From a virus, in IMG/VR virus record IMGVR_UViG_3300047564_002155, positions 1 to 64,000 of that record: DNA of 64,000 nt; one strand, 5' to 3'. This document shows, piece by piece, positions 27,314-38,695 of the stretch. Position numbers and translations under genes: made by a program. The stretch's first letter is position 1. Each line of letters starts with the position of its first letter. The notes under the pieces were generated by a model. The model did no database searches and had not been told where the DNA came from. It was given only the letters and a program-made list of their open reading frames with translations.

Positions 27314-27668
27314 AGATGATGAAATCTTTAAGGGTAAAACTTTTTCGGATTTGATGTCTGACATCTACAACAATTCAAAAAAGAAAGACCGACAAATTAA
27401 ATTGCTAATCGCCCAACTTGAACCTATGGTAAAAAGTGTGGGCGATGCTGCTGCGGTAGTACCCTTAATTAGAGAATATTTGGATGTGTCGGTTAAAAAC
27501 GATGACGCCCTAATTAAACTTGCAGCAATCGTTCAACGAATGATGAAAAACGAATCTGATGCCGAAGGTGGTGGACTACTACTTTCAGAGGATGAAAAGA
27601 AACAACTTATGCAAGCTATGGAAGAAGTTGAAAAAGACCTTCCTAAAGATGATGAGGATGATTTGTGA
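27306..27668 (+). CDS. conserved hypothetical protein
   Basis: helical ORF coupled to sigma gene. Confidence 0.65.
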   Translation: MHKDDEIFKGKTFSDLMSDIYNNSKKKDRQIKLLIAQLEPMVKSVGDAAAVVPLIREYLDVSVKNDDALIKLAAIVQRMMKNESDAEGGGLLLSEDEKKQLMQAMEEVEKDLPKDDEDDL

Positions 27669-28723
27669 TATTTGGTACGGTAGAAAATATAGTATTGGAT
27701 GATAAAGACTCTGAAAAGTTATATAAAATTTATGTAGCAACTACCACAGGTCTTACAGGTAATACAATTGAAGCATATCCACTTGATATGACTTCTAAAA
27801 AGATTCCTGTTATTGGTGAACAAGTAATGGTGGTGTTGGGTTCCAATGCTGATGCTAATTCACAAAAAAGGTCATCAGTTAGAAATTATTATATTTCAAC
27901 GGTTGGTATTCAATCAAATATAAACCATAACGCATTACCAAAGTTAAATCTAAAAACAGCATCTTCCCTTGGTAATTTAGATGGCGCTTTTGCTGGTGTT
28001 CCTGCTCAAACATCTACTCCTACACCACACGATTTTGGTAATGGGTTTGTTGAATTAAAAACCCTATCTCAATTACAACCCTACCTTGGTGATGTTATTT
28101 TTGAAGGTAGATTTGGTCAGTCAATTCGTTTTGGATATACTCCACGAAATACAAAAAGAACTAATAGTTTGGTAAGTGGTGCTACGATTGAACCAAGTTG
28201 GACATCACCACGACCTGAAGCTCCAATTACAATTATTAGAAATGGTGTTGGATTTTCTCGTGGATATAATAAATTTGTAGTTGAAGATATAAATCGTGAT
28301 GACTCATCATTGTATTTAACATCACAGCAAAAACTACAAATTAAAACAAGACCATTTTCAGTTGGTGTATCTCCAAGTGGAATCTATCAAAACCCACAAG
28401 CGGTATTAAACTCTGACCGAGTTTTAATCAACTCAAAAAAAGATGGAGTTCTTATTAGTGGTGAAACGGGAGTTTATGTTTCTACTCCAAGTTGGAAAGC
28501 TGATATGGACAAGATGTTTACTCAAATAGATGAACTTAAAAAACAAGTTCAGGAAATAAACATTGTTTTAAGCCAGTTAGGGCCCGCTTTACAAAGTGCT
28601 GCAAATGGGGGTGGTCCTGTTCCAACATTAGTAGCTGTGGCTCCAACTATTATCACAAAAGCGGCTCAGATAAGCGGTAAGTTAGTTAAAATAACAACCG
28701 AACTACAATTGATGAAAAACTGA
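27665..28723 (+). CDS. baseplate hub/spike protein (gp5/gpV-like, no lysozyme domain)
   Basis: PVIGEQV OB-like start, GDVIFEGRFGQSIRFG, LNSDRVLINSK. Confidence 0.65.
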   Translation: MIFGTVENIVLDDKDSEKLYKIYVATTTGLTGNTIEAYPLDMTSKKIPVIGEQVMVVLGSNADANSQKRSSVRNYYISTVGIQSNINHNALPKLNLKTASSLGNLDGAFAGVPAQTSTPTPHDFGNGFVELKTLSQLQPYLGDVIFEGRFGQSIRFGYTPRNTKRTNSLVSGATIEPSWTSPRPEAPITIIRNGVGFSRGYNKFVVEDINRDDSSLYLTSQQKLQIKTRPFSVGVSPSGIYQNPQAVLNSDRVLINSKKDGVLISGETGVYVSTPSWKADMDKMFTQIDELKKQVQEINIVLSQLGPALQSAANGGGPVPTLVAVAPTIITKAAQISGKLVKITTELQLMKN

Positions 28724-28734
28724 TATTTATTACT

Positions 28735-29220
28735 ATGGATACAAATAAACTATTTAAAGCAATTCAAATCATTGTCCAAGAGGAAGTGAAGAAGGAAGTG
28801 GCCAAGAGAGAAAAAGCCATTCGTGAATCTATTTTGAAAGAAATTAAATCAAAGCCAATTCAAAAATCAACTCCAAAGGTTGAGGCTGACCCATTAGAGG
28901 TAAGTCACATTTTTGAATCTCAAACACCAAAGAAAAAGTCTGGTCCAAAATTTGAGGGTAAATTTGCATCTCTACTTAATGAAACTGCTGATGGTGGTGA
29001 GTGGAGAAGTATTAATTCTGCTGGTGGTGCTTTCAACTCAAATCAAGCAATGGCTTGGGGTGCTATGAACCAAACCCCGAATGTTTTACAAACAGCAGAA
29101 GGTAGAGCGGTACCTGTTGAGCAACTACAACAAACTGAAGCGGGTCAAGCGGTAGTAAACGCATTAACACGAGATTACTCCGGATTGATGAAGGCGATTA
29201 ACGCCAAGAAAGGTAGATAA
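28735..29220 (+). CDS. hypothetical virion-associated protein
   Basis: TATTTAT ends 4 nt before ATG; IVQEEV, LLNETA. Confidence 0.6.
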   Translation: MDTNKLFKAIQIIVQEEVKKEVAKREKAIRESILKEIKSKPIQKSTPKVEADPLEVSHIFESQTPKKKSGPKFEGKFASLLNETADGGEWRSINSAGGAFNSNQAMAWGAMNQTPNVLQTAEGRAVPVEQLQQTEAGQAVVNALTRDYSGLMKAINAKKGR

Positions 29221-29654
29221 TGGCTGTTCGTAAGGAATGGAAAATAAATCCAATTGATTTAAAAAAGAATATTGCCGTTGGTGTTAAATTACCATTTGGC
29301 GGTGCTGGTATTTTCCAATTATCTTACACTACTGAAGAACAAGCTATTTCTAATTTAAAAAATTTGGTATTAACTCGTAAGGGTGAACGACCATTCCAAC
29401 CTCTTTTTGGAACCGATGTTTATTCTCTTTTGTTTGAACAAATGGGTGGTTTTATTGAAGATAATTTAAAATCATCTATCAAAGAAGATATAAATTTTTG
29501 GTTACCTTATATTTTATTAAGTGATGTTATTGTAGACGCTAATCCTGATTACAATAGAGTTAATATATCACTTAATTTTACAGTAACCGAAACTGGTGCA
29601 AACCAAACTATAACATTACAAGTAGACCAACAGGGTGGTCTAACTATTGCTTAA
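29220..29654 (+). CDS. baseplate wedge gp25-like
   Basis: NLKNLVLTRKGERPFQPLFG..LLFE. Confidence 0.88.
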   Translation: MAVRKEWKINPIDLKKNIAVGVKLPFGGAGIFQLSYTTEEQAISNLKNLVLTRKGERPFQPLFGTDVYSLLFEQMGGFIEDNLKSSIKEDINFWLPYILLSDVIVDANPDYNRVNISLNFTVTETGANQTITLQVDQQGGLTIA

Positions 29655-29663
29655 GGAATATAA

Positions 29664-31580
29664 ATGGCTGATAAGGTAAATAAAGAAGTAAGTTTAATTG
29701 GTAGGGACTTTGGTGATTTCCGTAAGAACCTTATTGACTTTGCTAAAAATTACTTCCCCGAAACATACAATGATTTCAATGAATCATCTCCGGGTATGAT
29801 GTTTATGGAAATGGCATCATATGTGGGTGATGTTCTTTCTTATTACACCGATGTTCAGTTAAGAGAATCTATTCTTGAACAAGCTCAAGAAAAGGGTAAT
29901 GTATTTCTCATCTCTCAAGCAATGGGATATACACCCAAACTTAATGTTCCAGCTACAACGGTTTTAAGTGTTTACCAAATCGTTCCAGCACAAGGTAGTG
30001 GTGATAATGTTAGTCCTAATTTTGATTACTCTTTAAAAGTCAAAGAGGGTATGAAGGTCAACTCTGCTACAAATAATGAGATTCAGTTTTCAACAACTCA
30101 AAAAGTAGATTTTGCTTTTTCATCTTCATTTGACCCAACCGAAGTGACGGTTTATCAAATTAATGAAACCACATCCGAACCAACATATTACTTACTAAAA
30201 AAATATGTTAAAGCTGTTAGTGGTGAGGCTGTAACACAAGACTTTACTTTTACCTCTCCAAAGATTTACGACAAAATTCGTATTGAGGCTGAAAACTTAA
30301 TTGATGTTGTAAGTATTATTGATGATAATGGTGATACTTGGTATAAGGTTCCGTATTTGGCTCAAGACACTATTTTTGAACAAGTTCCTAATACATCTGC
30401 ATATTCTTTGAATTACAATTTATACGCAGGAGAAACGCCATATCTTTTAAGATTAAAAAAAGTTCCAAAAAGATATACAACTCGTGTAGAAGAAGATGGT
30501 TCAATGACCATTCAGTTTGGTGCTGGTATTTCATCAAATGCTGATGAAGAGATTCTACCAAATCCAGACAATGTGGGTTCTGCTCTCTACCCAGCAAGCG
30601 GTGACCTTGACCAAGGTATTGACCCATCAAACTTTATGTATTCAAAAACATATGGTGTAGCTCCATCCAACACAACCCTAACTGTAACATATCGTATTGG
30701 TAATGGTGTATTGGATAATGTACCATCAAGGGATTTGACTGATATTGATACGGTCATTTTTGAAAATCAAAATACTTCGGCTTTAAACGCCGGAACCTTA
30801 CAAGTAGTTCAAAATTCAGTTGCTGTGACTAATGAGTCTGCCGCTGGTGGCGCTAAATACGAAGAAGACATCAACCAAGTTCGCCAGAACGCAATGGCTT
30901 ACTTTGCTGCTCAAAATAGAGCGGTGACCAAAGAAGATTATGTTTTAAGAGCATATGCTTTACCACCACAATTTGGGTCGGTTGCAAAAGCGTTTCTTGC
31001 GCCTGATTGGCAAGTTCAAACTTTACTTGATGATGGACCTGACCCAATTGCAAATCCACTAGCATTAAATCTTTATGTGTTGGGTTATGACAATGAAAAG
31101 AAATTAAAAAACCTAAATACAGCAACCAAGGAAAACTTAAAGAATTACTTGTCTTACTATCGTATCTTAACTGATGCTGTAAACATTAAAAACGCATACA
31201 TAGTAAATGTTGGTATTGAGTTTGAAATTATCGTATTACCAAATTACAACTCAAATGAAGTTCTTTTAAAATGTATCAACGCATTAAAAGATTACTTTAA
31301 CATTGATAAGAGACAAATCAACCAACCAATTATGTTATCAGAACTTTATGTTCTTTTAGATAGAATTGATGGTGTTCAAACTGTTGTAAGACCTGATAGA
31401 GATGGTGTGGGTGGTTTACAAATTGTAAATAAATGGAGTGGTGTATATTCTGAAAACAAATACAGCATTTCTAACGCAACAAAACAAGGAGTTGTATATC
31501 CACCAAAAGACCCATCAATTTTTGAAATTAAATACCCTGACCTTGATATTAAAGGTAAGGTAATCCCAATGACATATTAA
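29664..31580 (+). CDS. baseplate wedge gp6-like
   Basis: RDF, YNDFNESSPG, SYVGDVLSYY, IQFG, QNRAVTKEDY. Confidence 0.88.
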   Translation: MADKVNKEVSLIGRDFGDFRKNLIDFAKNYFPETYNDFNESSPGMMFMEMASYVGDVLSYYTDVQLRESILEQAQEKGNVFLISQAMGYTPKLNVPATTVLSVYQIVPAQGSGDNVSPNFDYSLKVKEGMKVNSATNNEIQFSTTQKVDFAFSSSFDPTEVTVYQINETTSEPTYYLLKKYVKAVSGEAVTQDFTFTSPKIYDKIRIEAENLIDVVSIIDDNGDTWYKVPYLAQDTIFEQVPNTSAYSLNYNLYAGETPYLLRLKKVPKRYTTRVEEDGSMTIQFGAGISSNADEEILPNPDNVGSALYPASGDLDQGIDPSNFMYSKTYGVAPSNTTLTVTYRIGNGVLDNVPSRDLTDIDTVIFENQNTSALNAGTLQVVQNSVAVTNESAAGGAKYEEDINQVRQNAMAYFAAQNRAVTKEDYVLRAYALPPQFGSVAKAFLAPDWQVQTLLDDGPDPIANPLALNLYVLGYDNEKKLKNLNTATKENLKNYLSYYRILTDAVNIKNAYIVNVGIEFEIIVLPNYNSNEVLLKCINALKDYFNIDKRQINQPIMLSELYVLLDRIDGVQTVVRPDRDGVGGLQIVNKWSGVYSENKYSISNATKQGVVYPPKDPSIFEIKYPDLDIKGKVIPMTY

Positions 31581-31590
31581 GAGGTAGAAA

Positions 31591-33630
31591 ATGATTTATA
31601 GAATTTATCCAAAAAAAGACGCCACAATTTACGAGGATACTGCTCGTAAAAATCAAAATACTGGCAAGGATGAGATTCTTGAGGTTGGTAAGTTTTACGA
31701 CCCTACCAACCCATCTACCTTAATTGGTAATAGTAGAGCCTTAATTCAATTTGACCTTGCTTCTATTTCACAATCAATTCTTGATGGTGATATTAGTGGT
31801 AGTATCAAATATTATTTAAATTTGGAATCTACCGAAGAAAAAGAAATTGCTTCAAATTATACGTTGTATGTTTATCCTGTAAAAGAACAATGGTTAGAGG
31901 GTGTTGGTAAGGAATCTGACACTCCACATAATGAAATTGATGTGTCGTGGGTGTATCGTATTAGTGGTTCTACTTGGGATGTGAGTAATGAAAATGTTAA
32001 TAAACCTGTTGCTCCTGAAACAATCGCTGGGTTAATTGATGCTTATATATTCTCATCCGGAATTAATAATTTTACATTAGACCCATCTCAAAGTATACTT
32101 GGTATCAATGGTCAATCTCCAACCGCAACAATCGTAAATGATAGATTACAAATGTCCGCGTCTTCTTACGGAGGTGGTACAATTTTATTATCAGCATCAC
32201 TTGAGTCCGGGTCAACATATACTACTTACTTTGAAGTAGACCCAAACACTTTGAGTGGTATTGATTTTAGAGTAGCTTACAATCAAAGTTACTTAACATC
32301 CTTGTCAAATTATACACAATCAATTATAAATGCTTCTACTCAATCAGTATCATTTACCACAAATAACACAGGGGTGTATGAATTTTCGCTTACATTCTTT
32401 GATAGAGATGGTACTAACGGGTCGGATGGTTCAATTGATAATTTTTACATTTACGCAACACCACCGCTTGGTACTTTACTATATGATACTTTTGCTATCA
32501 ATGGATTTACATCAGTTTATTTTTTAAATAATGCTATAACGGGGTCAGGTGGTGAACTTCCTACGGTATTTGTCAGTCAGTCAAAATTATTTATGTCATC
32601 ATCTAATTTTGGCGGTGCTGCTGTAAATAGAAATTATAGATTGATTGAAGGCGTTGGTTATACTTCAAGTTTTGATTTGGGATTTGGAAGTGGATACTCT
32701 TCTTTAAAATATGAAGTTGTTGAACCGGATGGTCGTGTTGAATACTACACAATCCTCACATCATCAGTAGCACATACCTCAAGTTTTGTAGCCGACCAGA
32801 CTGGAGAATATTCATTTAGGTGGTCGTTTTATACAAGCGGTTCTAACCAAGCATCCGCATCACTTGATACATTTAAATTAAGTACAAACTATTCATTATA
32901 TCCAACATCTTCTGATGTGCAAGATTTGGTTTATGAGGCTAGATACAATGTAAATTCTGGCGGTGGTACTTGGTATACTTCTTCTTGGGGGACTAACACA
33001 TCATATTCACAATCCTTTGACAAATATGTTCAAAATCTAAATGTTGAAGTTACGGAGTATGTAAATGATTGGTTAAGTGGTAATAGAACCAATAATGGTT
33101 TTATTATTTTAAAATCAAAACAAGATGAATCATCTGCTCGTAAATTGGGAACGGCTAAATTCTTCTCATCGGATACGCATACCATTTATGTTCCAAACCT
33201 TGAGGTTCGTTGGAATAATACAACATTCACAACCGGGTCTTTATCACCACAAACCAATTCTGATTTGATTGTTTATATGAAAGATTTTCAGTCAGAATAC
33301 AAGGAAAACTCTAAAACTAAAATTAGAGTATATGGTCGTGAGCGATATCCGAGTAGAAACTTTTCTTTAGCATCTCCGATTAAGAGTATAAAGTATCTTC
33401 CAACTACCACATATTATTCGGTAGTTGACGCTGAAACAAATAAGACATTTATTCCATTTGATGATACATATACAAAGTTAAGTTGTGATTCTACATCAAA
33501 TTACTTTAACTTTTGGTTTAATGGATTACAACCTGAAAGATACTACAAGTTTATATTTAAGGTTGTGGATTCTACAAATGGAACTACAAAATACTATGAT
33601 GATAATTTCTACTTCAAAGTGGTAAGATAA
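31591..33630 (+). CDS. virion structural protein with beta-sandwich inserts
   Basis: KDATIYE..NTGKDEILE, NNGFII, FFSSDTHTIYVP, LQPERYY; position in baseplate module. Confidence 0.7.
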   Translation: MIYRIYPKKDATIYEDTARKNQNTGKDEILEVGKFYDPTNPSTLIGNSRALIQFDLASISQSILDGDISGSIKYYLNLESTEEKEIASNYTLYVYPVKEQWLEGVGKESDTPHNEIDVSWVYRISGSTWDVSNENVNKPVAPETIAGLIDAYIFSSGINNFTLDPSQSILGINGQSPTATIVNDRLQMSASSYGGGTILLSASLESGSTYTTYFEVDPNTLSGIDFRVAYNQSYLTSLSNYTQSIINASTQSVSFTTNNTGVYEFSLTFFDRDGTNGSDGSIDNFYIYATPPLGTLLYDTFAINGFTSVYFLNNAITGSGGELPTVFVSQSKLFMSSSNFGGAAVNRNYRLIEGVGYTSSFDLGFGSGYSSLKYEVVEPDGRVEYYTILTSSVAHTSSFVADQTGEYSFRWSFYTSGSNQASASLDTFKLSTNYSLYPTSSDVQDLVYEARYNVNSGGGTWYTSSWGTNTSYSQSFDKYVQNLNVEVTEYVNDWLSGNRTNNGFIILKSKQDESSARKLGTAKFFSSDTHTIYVPNLEVRWNNTTFTTGSLSPQTNSDLIVYMKDFQSEYKENSKTKIRVYGRERYPSRNFSLASPIKSIKYLPTTTYYSVVDAETNKTFIPFDDTYTKLSCDSTSNYFNFWFNGLQPERYYKFIFKVVDSTNGTTKYYDDNFYFKVVR

Positions 33631-33631
33631 T

Positions 33632-34054
33632 ATGGCGGAAAGACAAATAAAAAGAAATGGTAGAGGTCAAATTGTATCATATGAAATTGCTGCAATTAAT
33701 GACCCAACTGTCGCTACGCCAGAATATGGTAAGTTTCTATTGCAAGGAGTTGGTGAAGAGGGAACTATCATAGAAAAATATAGTGCTGCTTCATTTAACG
33801 AAGAAATAAATACGAATGTTACTTTGGAATTGGTTACATCAGATACTTTAATAGACACTCAAATAGTATTAAATGAAATTATTACTTCACGGGACGAGAG
33901 AGCTACTGGCGATGGTGCTAGTGGTACTGGGTCAATAAATACAGCCCCATTTGGTGTGGTTGGTAACTCCATTGGTGAGGTTAGAGTATTTACACGACCT
34001 GATGGGTCTGATGTAGATTATGAGTGGACTGGAACATTCTGGCAACAAGTATAA
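33632..34054 (+). CDS. hypothetical structural protein
   Basis: position; YEWTG.FW tail motif. Confidence 0.55.
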   Translation: MAERQIKRNGRGQIVSYEIAAINDPTVATPEYGKFLLQGVGEEGTIIEKYSAASFNEEINTNVTLELVTSDTLIDTQIVLNEIITSRDERATGDGASGTGSINTAPFGVVGNSIGEVRVFTRPDGSDVDYEWTGTFWQQV

Positions 34055-34065
34055 GGATAAAGTAA

Positions 34066-37000
34066 ATGTCATTAGATAGATTTGAAAATAAAGATGAAGT
34101 TGTAGGAGCAAGTCCTGTTTTCGGTAAAACTATGTTTGCTGATGAGGAGCCCCGTATTCAGAAATTTAATGACCAAATTACACAAAATGATGTAGATGGT
34201 ACATACTCTGGTATAACTTTAACCAATGCGTCTGAAATTCACATTTATGCTGAAGATAATCTTCTTCAATCTCAATATGGTCAACCAATCCGTTCGGTAC
34301 TTACAAATGGTAAACCAACAGCATATGTTGTTCCGGAATTAGATTTAAGACAAACGGGCATTAACGAAGGAAATTATTCGGTATTATATAACTTTCATCA
34401 CAATATTGTTTCTAATTTAAAAATTGATGCAATTTCAGCAGATAGGACCGAAGTTCGTTTAGTATCAAAAACAAATATTCCAAACGTATTTCAACCACTA
34501 AATGTAATGAGTCAGATAATTGGCTCAAATTCATTTGATGCTTATTTACGAAAAAAAGATTTTGTTATCAACTTTAGTCAAAATCAAATATACGATGTAA
34601 CTAATTTATTATTAGATGGTCCTCGTATTGGTGAGGTTAATGGAACTCTAAATTATCCAACGGCTGTTTTTAACTCAACTCCAACTGTGTTTGTTCCATT
34701 AGATGATGTTATTGCTGGTGGAGTTGGTATTTGGAGAACTTTTATAGAAGTTTATAATCCAGCAATCAATCAAACTACACCTCAACTTGGAACACCAACT
34801 GGTAGATTTAGAAAATATGAATTACAACAAAACCCAAACGGAACTTTAAAATGGAATGCTGGTCAGAACACATTTATATTTCCTGATATTCCAAGTGAAG
34901 TTCCATCTGAAATCGTTGACTTTCTTTCAGACACTAATTTACAAGATAAGAGATATCAAGTTGATGTTACTAAATTAAATTTAAATTATAAGTGGTATAA
35001 TAATTTACCATCACAATTTGATGAGTGTATTATTAAGTTATTAAAACCCCTTGAAGCGTCAGTTGAAGTGGGTGACGCTTTAACTGTTGATGCTAGAATC
35101 TTACCAACGTGGGTGGATAAAGTAATAGCATTTCCAGCAATCAAATCACAAGACAAAGATGACTTTTCAACTCCAAACTTTGCGGTTGAAATGGAATCTT
35201 ACGGAAAATCAGATGGAACTGATTGGAAAACTTGGAATGATTTGTTAGACGCAAATTTGTCTACATCTCAACAAATTATTGATTACTATTTTAGCGGTTC
35301 CCTTGGAAAGATAAAGTTAAATATTCAATATAACGATTTCCAAAATTACATTCACTTTTCATCAGCAACCGAACGAGTTGATAATTTTGTATACAAACTT
35401 CAACAAATTGAAGCATACAATTCTCGTATTGATTTATTACAAAATGTTAGTGGGTCAACCGCATTAACTAATATTTCACAATCAATCACTCGTAGAGATA
35501 AAATTATAGGTGCGTTTGATGGATTTGAACATTGGATGTACTATCAAGATACATCTTCCATTTACACACATTGGTCATCTTCGGATTATACAATTACACC
35601 ATATCCAAAAGTGTCCACCTTCCCTTATGTTTTGTATCACACAACATCATCACAAGGTGAAACTTGGTATAATGGTGTCTACGCATCTGCGTCTTTGTAT
35701 GATTCTCAAAACCAAGCAAGACTTCGTAATATGATTCCAACTCATCTGCAAGAAGATGATAAAAATTCAGATTATGTTACATTCATTGATATGATTGGCC
35801 AACACTTTGATATTTCGTGGACATATGTAAAAGCCCTAACCGATATCAATAGAAGAGAAGAACATCCTTGGGATGGTATGTCTGATGAGTTATTGTTCAA
35901 TGTTGCAAAGTCAATGGGTTGGTCTTTGTCTAATGGGTATGGTGATTCTGAACTTTGGAGTTATGTTCTTGGAACTGACCAAACGGGTTCACTATCACAA
36001 ACAGGTCAATTAAAAACCAAGTCGCGAGAGAAAATTGTAAAAGAAACTTGGAGAAGAATTGTAAATAACCTACCATACATTTACAAGACAAAAGGAACTC
36101 CAAGGTCAATCAAAGCACTTCTTGCTACATATGGTATTCCACAAGCATTTCTACAAATTCGTGAATATGGTGGTCCTGTAATTGTGGATTCTCCAAACCA
36201 ATACGAACACGAAAGATTTGTATACAAAGTAAACATTGACGCTCAAGCTGGGAAGTATATTGTAAATCCTTGGGGTGAAATTCAACCAGAAGGATATGCT
36301 GCGCTATTCCCAAGAGCAATTGAAGTTATTGCAAAATTACCTGCAAGTATAAGTTCAGATGATGGTGGTTCAACTGGCGAATACACTATTTTTGATATGG
36401 TTGTTCCTGGTCAAAGAATTTCAGTTAAATTTAATGGTGTTAATTCTACTACCGCTAACTTTACATTAGTTTCTGGCTCAACATCGTTATTAACCACAAA
36501 TAACTTTACTTGGAATGGTGGTAGAGATGTTGTAATAGTTTTAAATAATGATTCAACAACTACATCTTTAAGAGCAGCTATGCCTGATAACTTTGGTAGT
36601 GTTCTTGCAAGTGTTAGTGCTTCGGCAGCCACCCCTAATGCTGTTGAAGATATCTGGTTAGATAGCGGCTCTTTAAATGTTGGTTCTCCAACCGATAATG
36701 ACTACACCTCATTTAATTTACAAGAATTAAGATACTATTATAACATTGTCAGTCAAGAGATTGTTGAAGACCACGCAAAAAATCGTGATGCTTACTTTAT
36801 TGATGATAACACAACTGACCTTGATACTACGGGTTCATTAGTTTCGTTGGTTTACCGTCAATTTTTTGATAGTAAATATGGTGGGTCTAATTGGAATAGT
36901 GCTTCACTACATCCAAATCAAGAAGTAACTACTTTAGTTGATGGTAGAATTTTAAGTTGTTCGTTTGGTCCAAGTGTAACTTCAACTGACCTTGAAGGTG

Positions 37001-38643
37001 AGTTAGATACATACTACTCAAAGATTCCATCAGCAGGCGCATTAAATGTAAACAATAATAAAATTCGTATTGAATCATCAAGTTTGGCCGGGGTATTATC
37101 ACCTGATAAATCACAAGAAAGAAGTCAGTATGATTATGCTCCGCTTGATTCAAACTTGGTTGGTGTTTACTTTTCAACTACCGACACTGTAAACTACGAC
37201 ATCTATAACTCCGAAGGTTATTTTGAGATTGATGATTGGGTTGGTGATACTGATGAAAGATACAATGAATCATATCCATTGTTAAAGTATCGTTCACAAA
37301 ACTACTTTGCAAAATACACAACAAAGACCGCACTAAATCTTATCCTGAGTTTGTTGGCTAGATATGACTCATCTATTTTTAGTCAAATCAAACAAGTTCT
37401 TCCCGCTCGTGTAAATTATATGAGTGGTATCTTGATTGAACCACATATTCTTGAAAGAAACAAATACAAAAGAAATCGTGGTATCACACGAGACTATCAT
37501 CAATATGTTGGAACTATTCCAATGTATAGTGAAGCAAACATAATCGGAAGTAGAAATGACTATGGGTTTAGTAGTGGTTCTCGTATTGTAAATGATGGTG
37601 CTATTGATTTATACAATTATGAACCATCTACATATCAGTATCAAATTGCAACTTTATCATCAAGTATTTCGTGTAGTATTGTTTCAACAAATGTAACTGC
37701 TAGTGTTTTAAGTGAAGGTTTGGTTGGTGGTAACAATGAATTTAATTTTACATCAGTTACTACAAACGCTTCTCTATTATCACATATAACATCAAGCGTT
37801 CTTTGGGTTATTGACAAAAATCAACAACAGGTATTTGTGAGCGGTGGTTTTTCAATTAGCGCAAGTGTTAGTTTAATAACTACAAATGATAGCGAAGGAA
37901 CTATTCAACTTTCAAGTGGATATACTATTGACGGTGCATACACAGGTCAGACCCGTGTATTCATATTAGCATCAGCAAACGATATCAGTAGCGAAGGTTA
38001 CGACCAGTTTAACTCATCAAGTTTATTTTGTGACTCTATAACCACCTATGTTAATAGAACAAATGGGTATTGGGAATATTCACCAACCGGAAGTCAAGCG
38101 GTAAATGCTAGAACAACAAGTCAGGCGTTCATCGTTAATAGATTCTTTTCAACGGCTGGTTCCGCAAGTAGAAATGAAGCGTTTTCATCATCACTTTCGC
38201 CAGCGGATATTCAAGAGTATCGTGGATTGTCAATTGAAAATCTATACTTTAACGGATGTAGAATTTCTTCAGACTCTTTGACCACGGATTCAGCGGATAC
38301 GCCGGATGGTGGTCCTGTAATTGAAGTAAATGTGGTTGATTCAAATACATTAGTTCTATCAACTAAAACGGCATTAGATGGTGATTTACAAATTGGGTCT
38401 GCTGAACCAATTCAAACTATGGTTCCAACCGAACTTGTATCATTACAAAATTATGAATCATTAACAACCGAAACATCAACGCAAAAACGAAATGATGTTG
38501 ATGCTGAACAATATGTCTTAAATGGTCCGTTAATCTATGTTGCTCCATCAAAACCTTTGTATAGAGATGCTGTTTCTACGGAAGAGCAATTAGATTCAAA
38601 TGTGACAATTCAAACAAACTTTATACAACCACAAAATGGTTGA
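34066..38643 (+). CDS. large baseplate/tail protein (gp7-like)
   Basis: KTKGTPRSIKALLATYGIP, IKQVLPAR, LamG-like segment. Confidence 0.7.
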   Translation: MSLDRFENKDEVVGASPVFGKTMFADEEPRIQKFNDQITQNDVDGTYSGITLTNASEIHIYAEDNLLQSQYGQPIRSVLTNGKPTAYVVPELDLRQTGINEGNYSVLYNFHHNIVSNLKIDAISADRTEVRLVSKTNIPNVFQPLNVMSQIIGSNSFDAYLRKKDFVINFSQNQIYDVTNLLLDGPRIGEVNGTLNYPTAVFNSTPTVFVPLDDVIAGGVGIWRTFIEVYNPAINQTTPQLGTPTGRFRKYELQQNPNGTLKWNAGQNTFIFPDIPSEVPSEIVDFLSDTNLQDKRYQVDVTKLNLNYKWYNNLPSQFDECIIKLLKPLEASVEVGDALTVDARILPTWVDKVIAFPAIKSQDKDDFSTPNFAVEMESYGKSDGTDWKTWNDLLDANLSTSQQIIDYYFSGSLGKIKLNIQYNDFQNYIHFSSATERVDNFVYKLQQIEAYNSRIDLLQNVSGSTALTNISQSITRRDKIIGAFDGFEHWMYYQDTSSIYTHWSSSDYTITPYPKVSTFPYVLYHTTSSQGETWYNGVYASASLYDSQNQARLRNMIPTHLQEDDKNSDYVTFIDMIGQHFDISWTYVKALTDINRREEHPWDGMSDELLFNVAKSMGWSLSNGYGDSELWSYVLGTDQTGSLSQTGQLKTKSREKIVKETWRRIVNNLPYIYKTKGTPRSIKALLATYGIPQAFLQIREYGGPVIVDSPNQYEHERFVYKVNIDAQAGKYIVNPWGEIQPEGYAALFPRAIEVIAKLPASISSDDGGSTGEYTIFDMVVPGQRISVKFNGVNSTTANFTLVSGSTSLLTTNNFTWNGGRDVVIVLNNDSTTTSLRAAMPDNFGSVLASVSASAATPNAVEDIWLDSGSLNVGSPTDNDYTSFNLQELRYYYNIVSQEIVEDHAKNRDAYFIDDNTTDLDTTGSLVSLVYRQFFDSKYGGSNWNSASLHPNQEVTTLVDGRILSCSFGPSVTSTDLEGELDTYYSKIPSAGALNVNNNKIRIESSSLAGVLSPDKSQERSQYDYAPLDSNLVGVYFSTTDTVNYDIYNSEGYFEIDDWVGDTDERYNESYPLLKYRSQNYFAKYTTKTALNLILSLLARYDSSIFSQIKQVLPARVNYMSGILIEPHILERNKYKRNRGITRDYHQYVGTIPMYSEANIIGSRNDYGFSSGSRIVNDGAIDLYNYEPSTYQYQIATLSSSISCSIVSTNVTASVLSEGLVGGNNEFNFTSVTTNASLLSHITSSVLWVIDKNQQQVFVSGGFSISASVSLITTNDSEGTIQLSSGYTIDGAYTGQTRVFILASANDISSEGYDQFNSSSLFCDSITTYVNRTNGYWEYSPTGSQAVNARTTSQAFIVNRFFSTAGSASRNEAFSSSLSPADIQEYRGLSIENLYFNGCRISSDSLTTDSADTPDGGPVIEVNVVDSNTLVLSTKTALDGDLQIGSAEPIQTMVPTELVSLQNYESLTTETSTQKRNDVDAEQYVLNGPLIYVAPSKPLYRDAVSTEEQLDSNVTIQTNFIQPQNG

Positions 38644-38695
38644 ATTTAATTTCATAAAAAAGTGATATTTATATACATAAAATAAGGAAAACACT

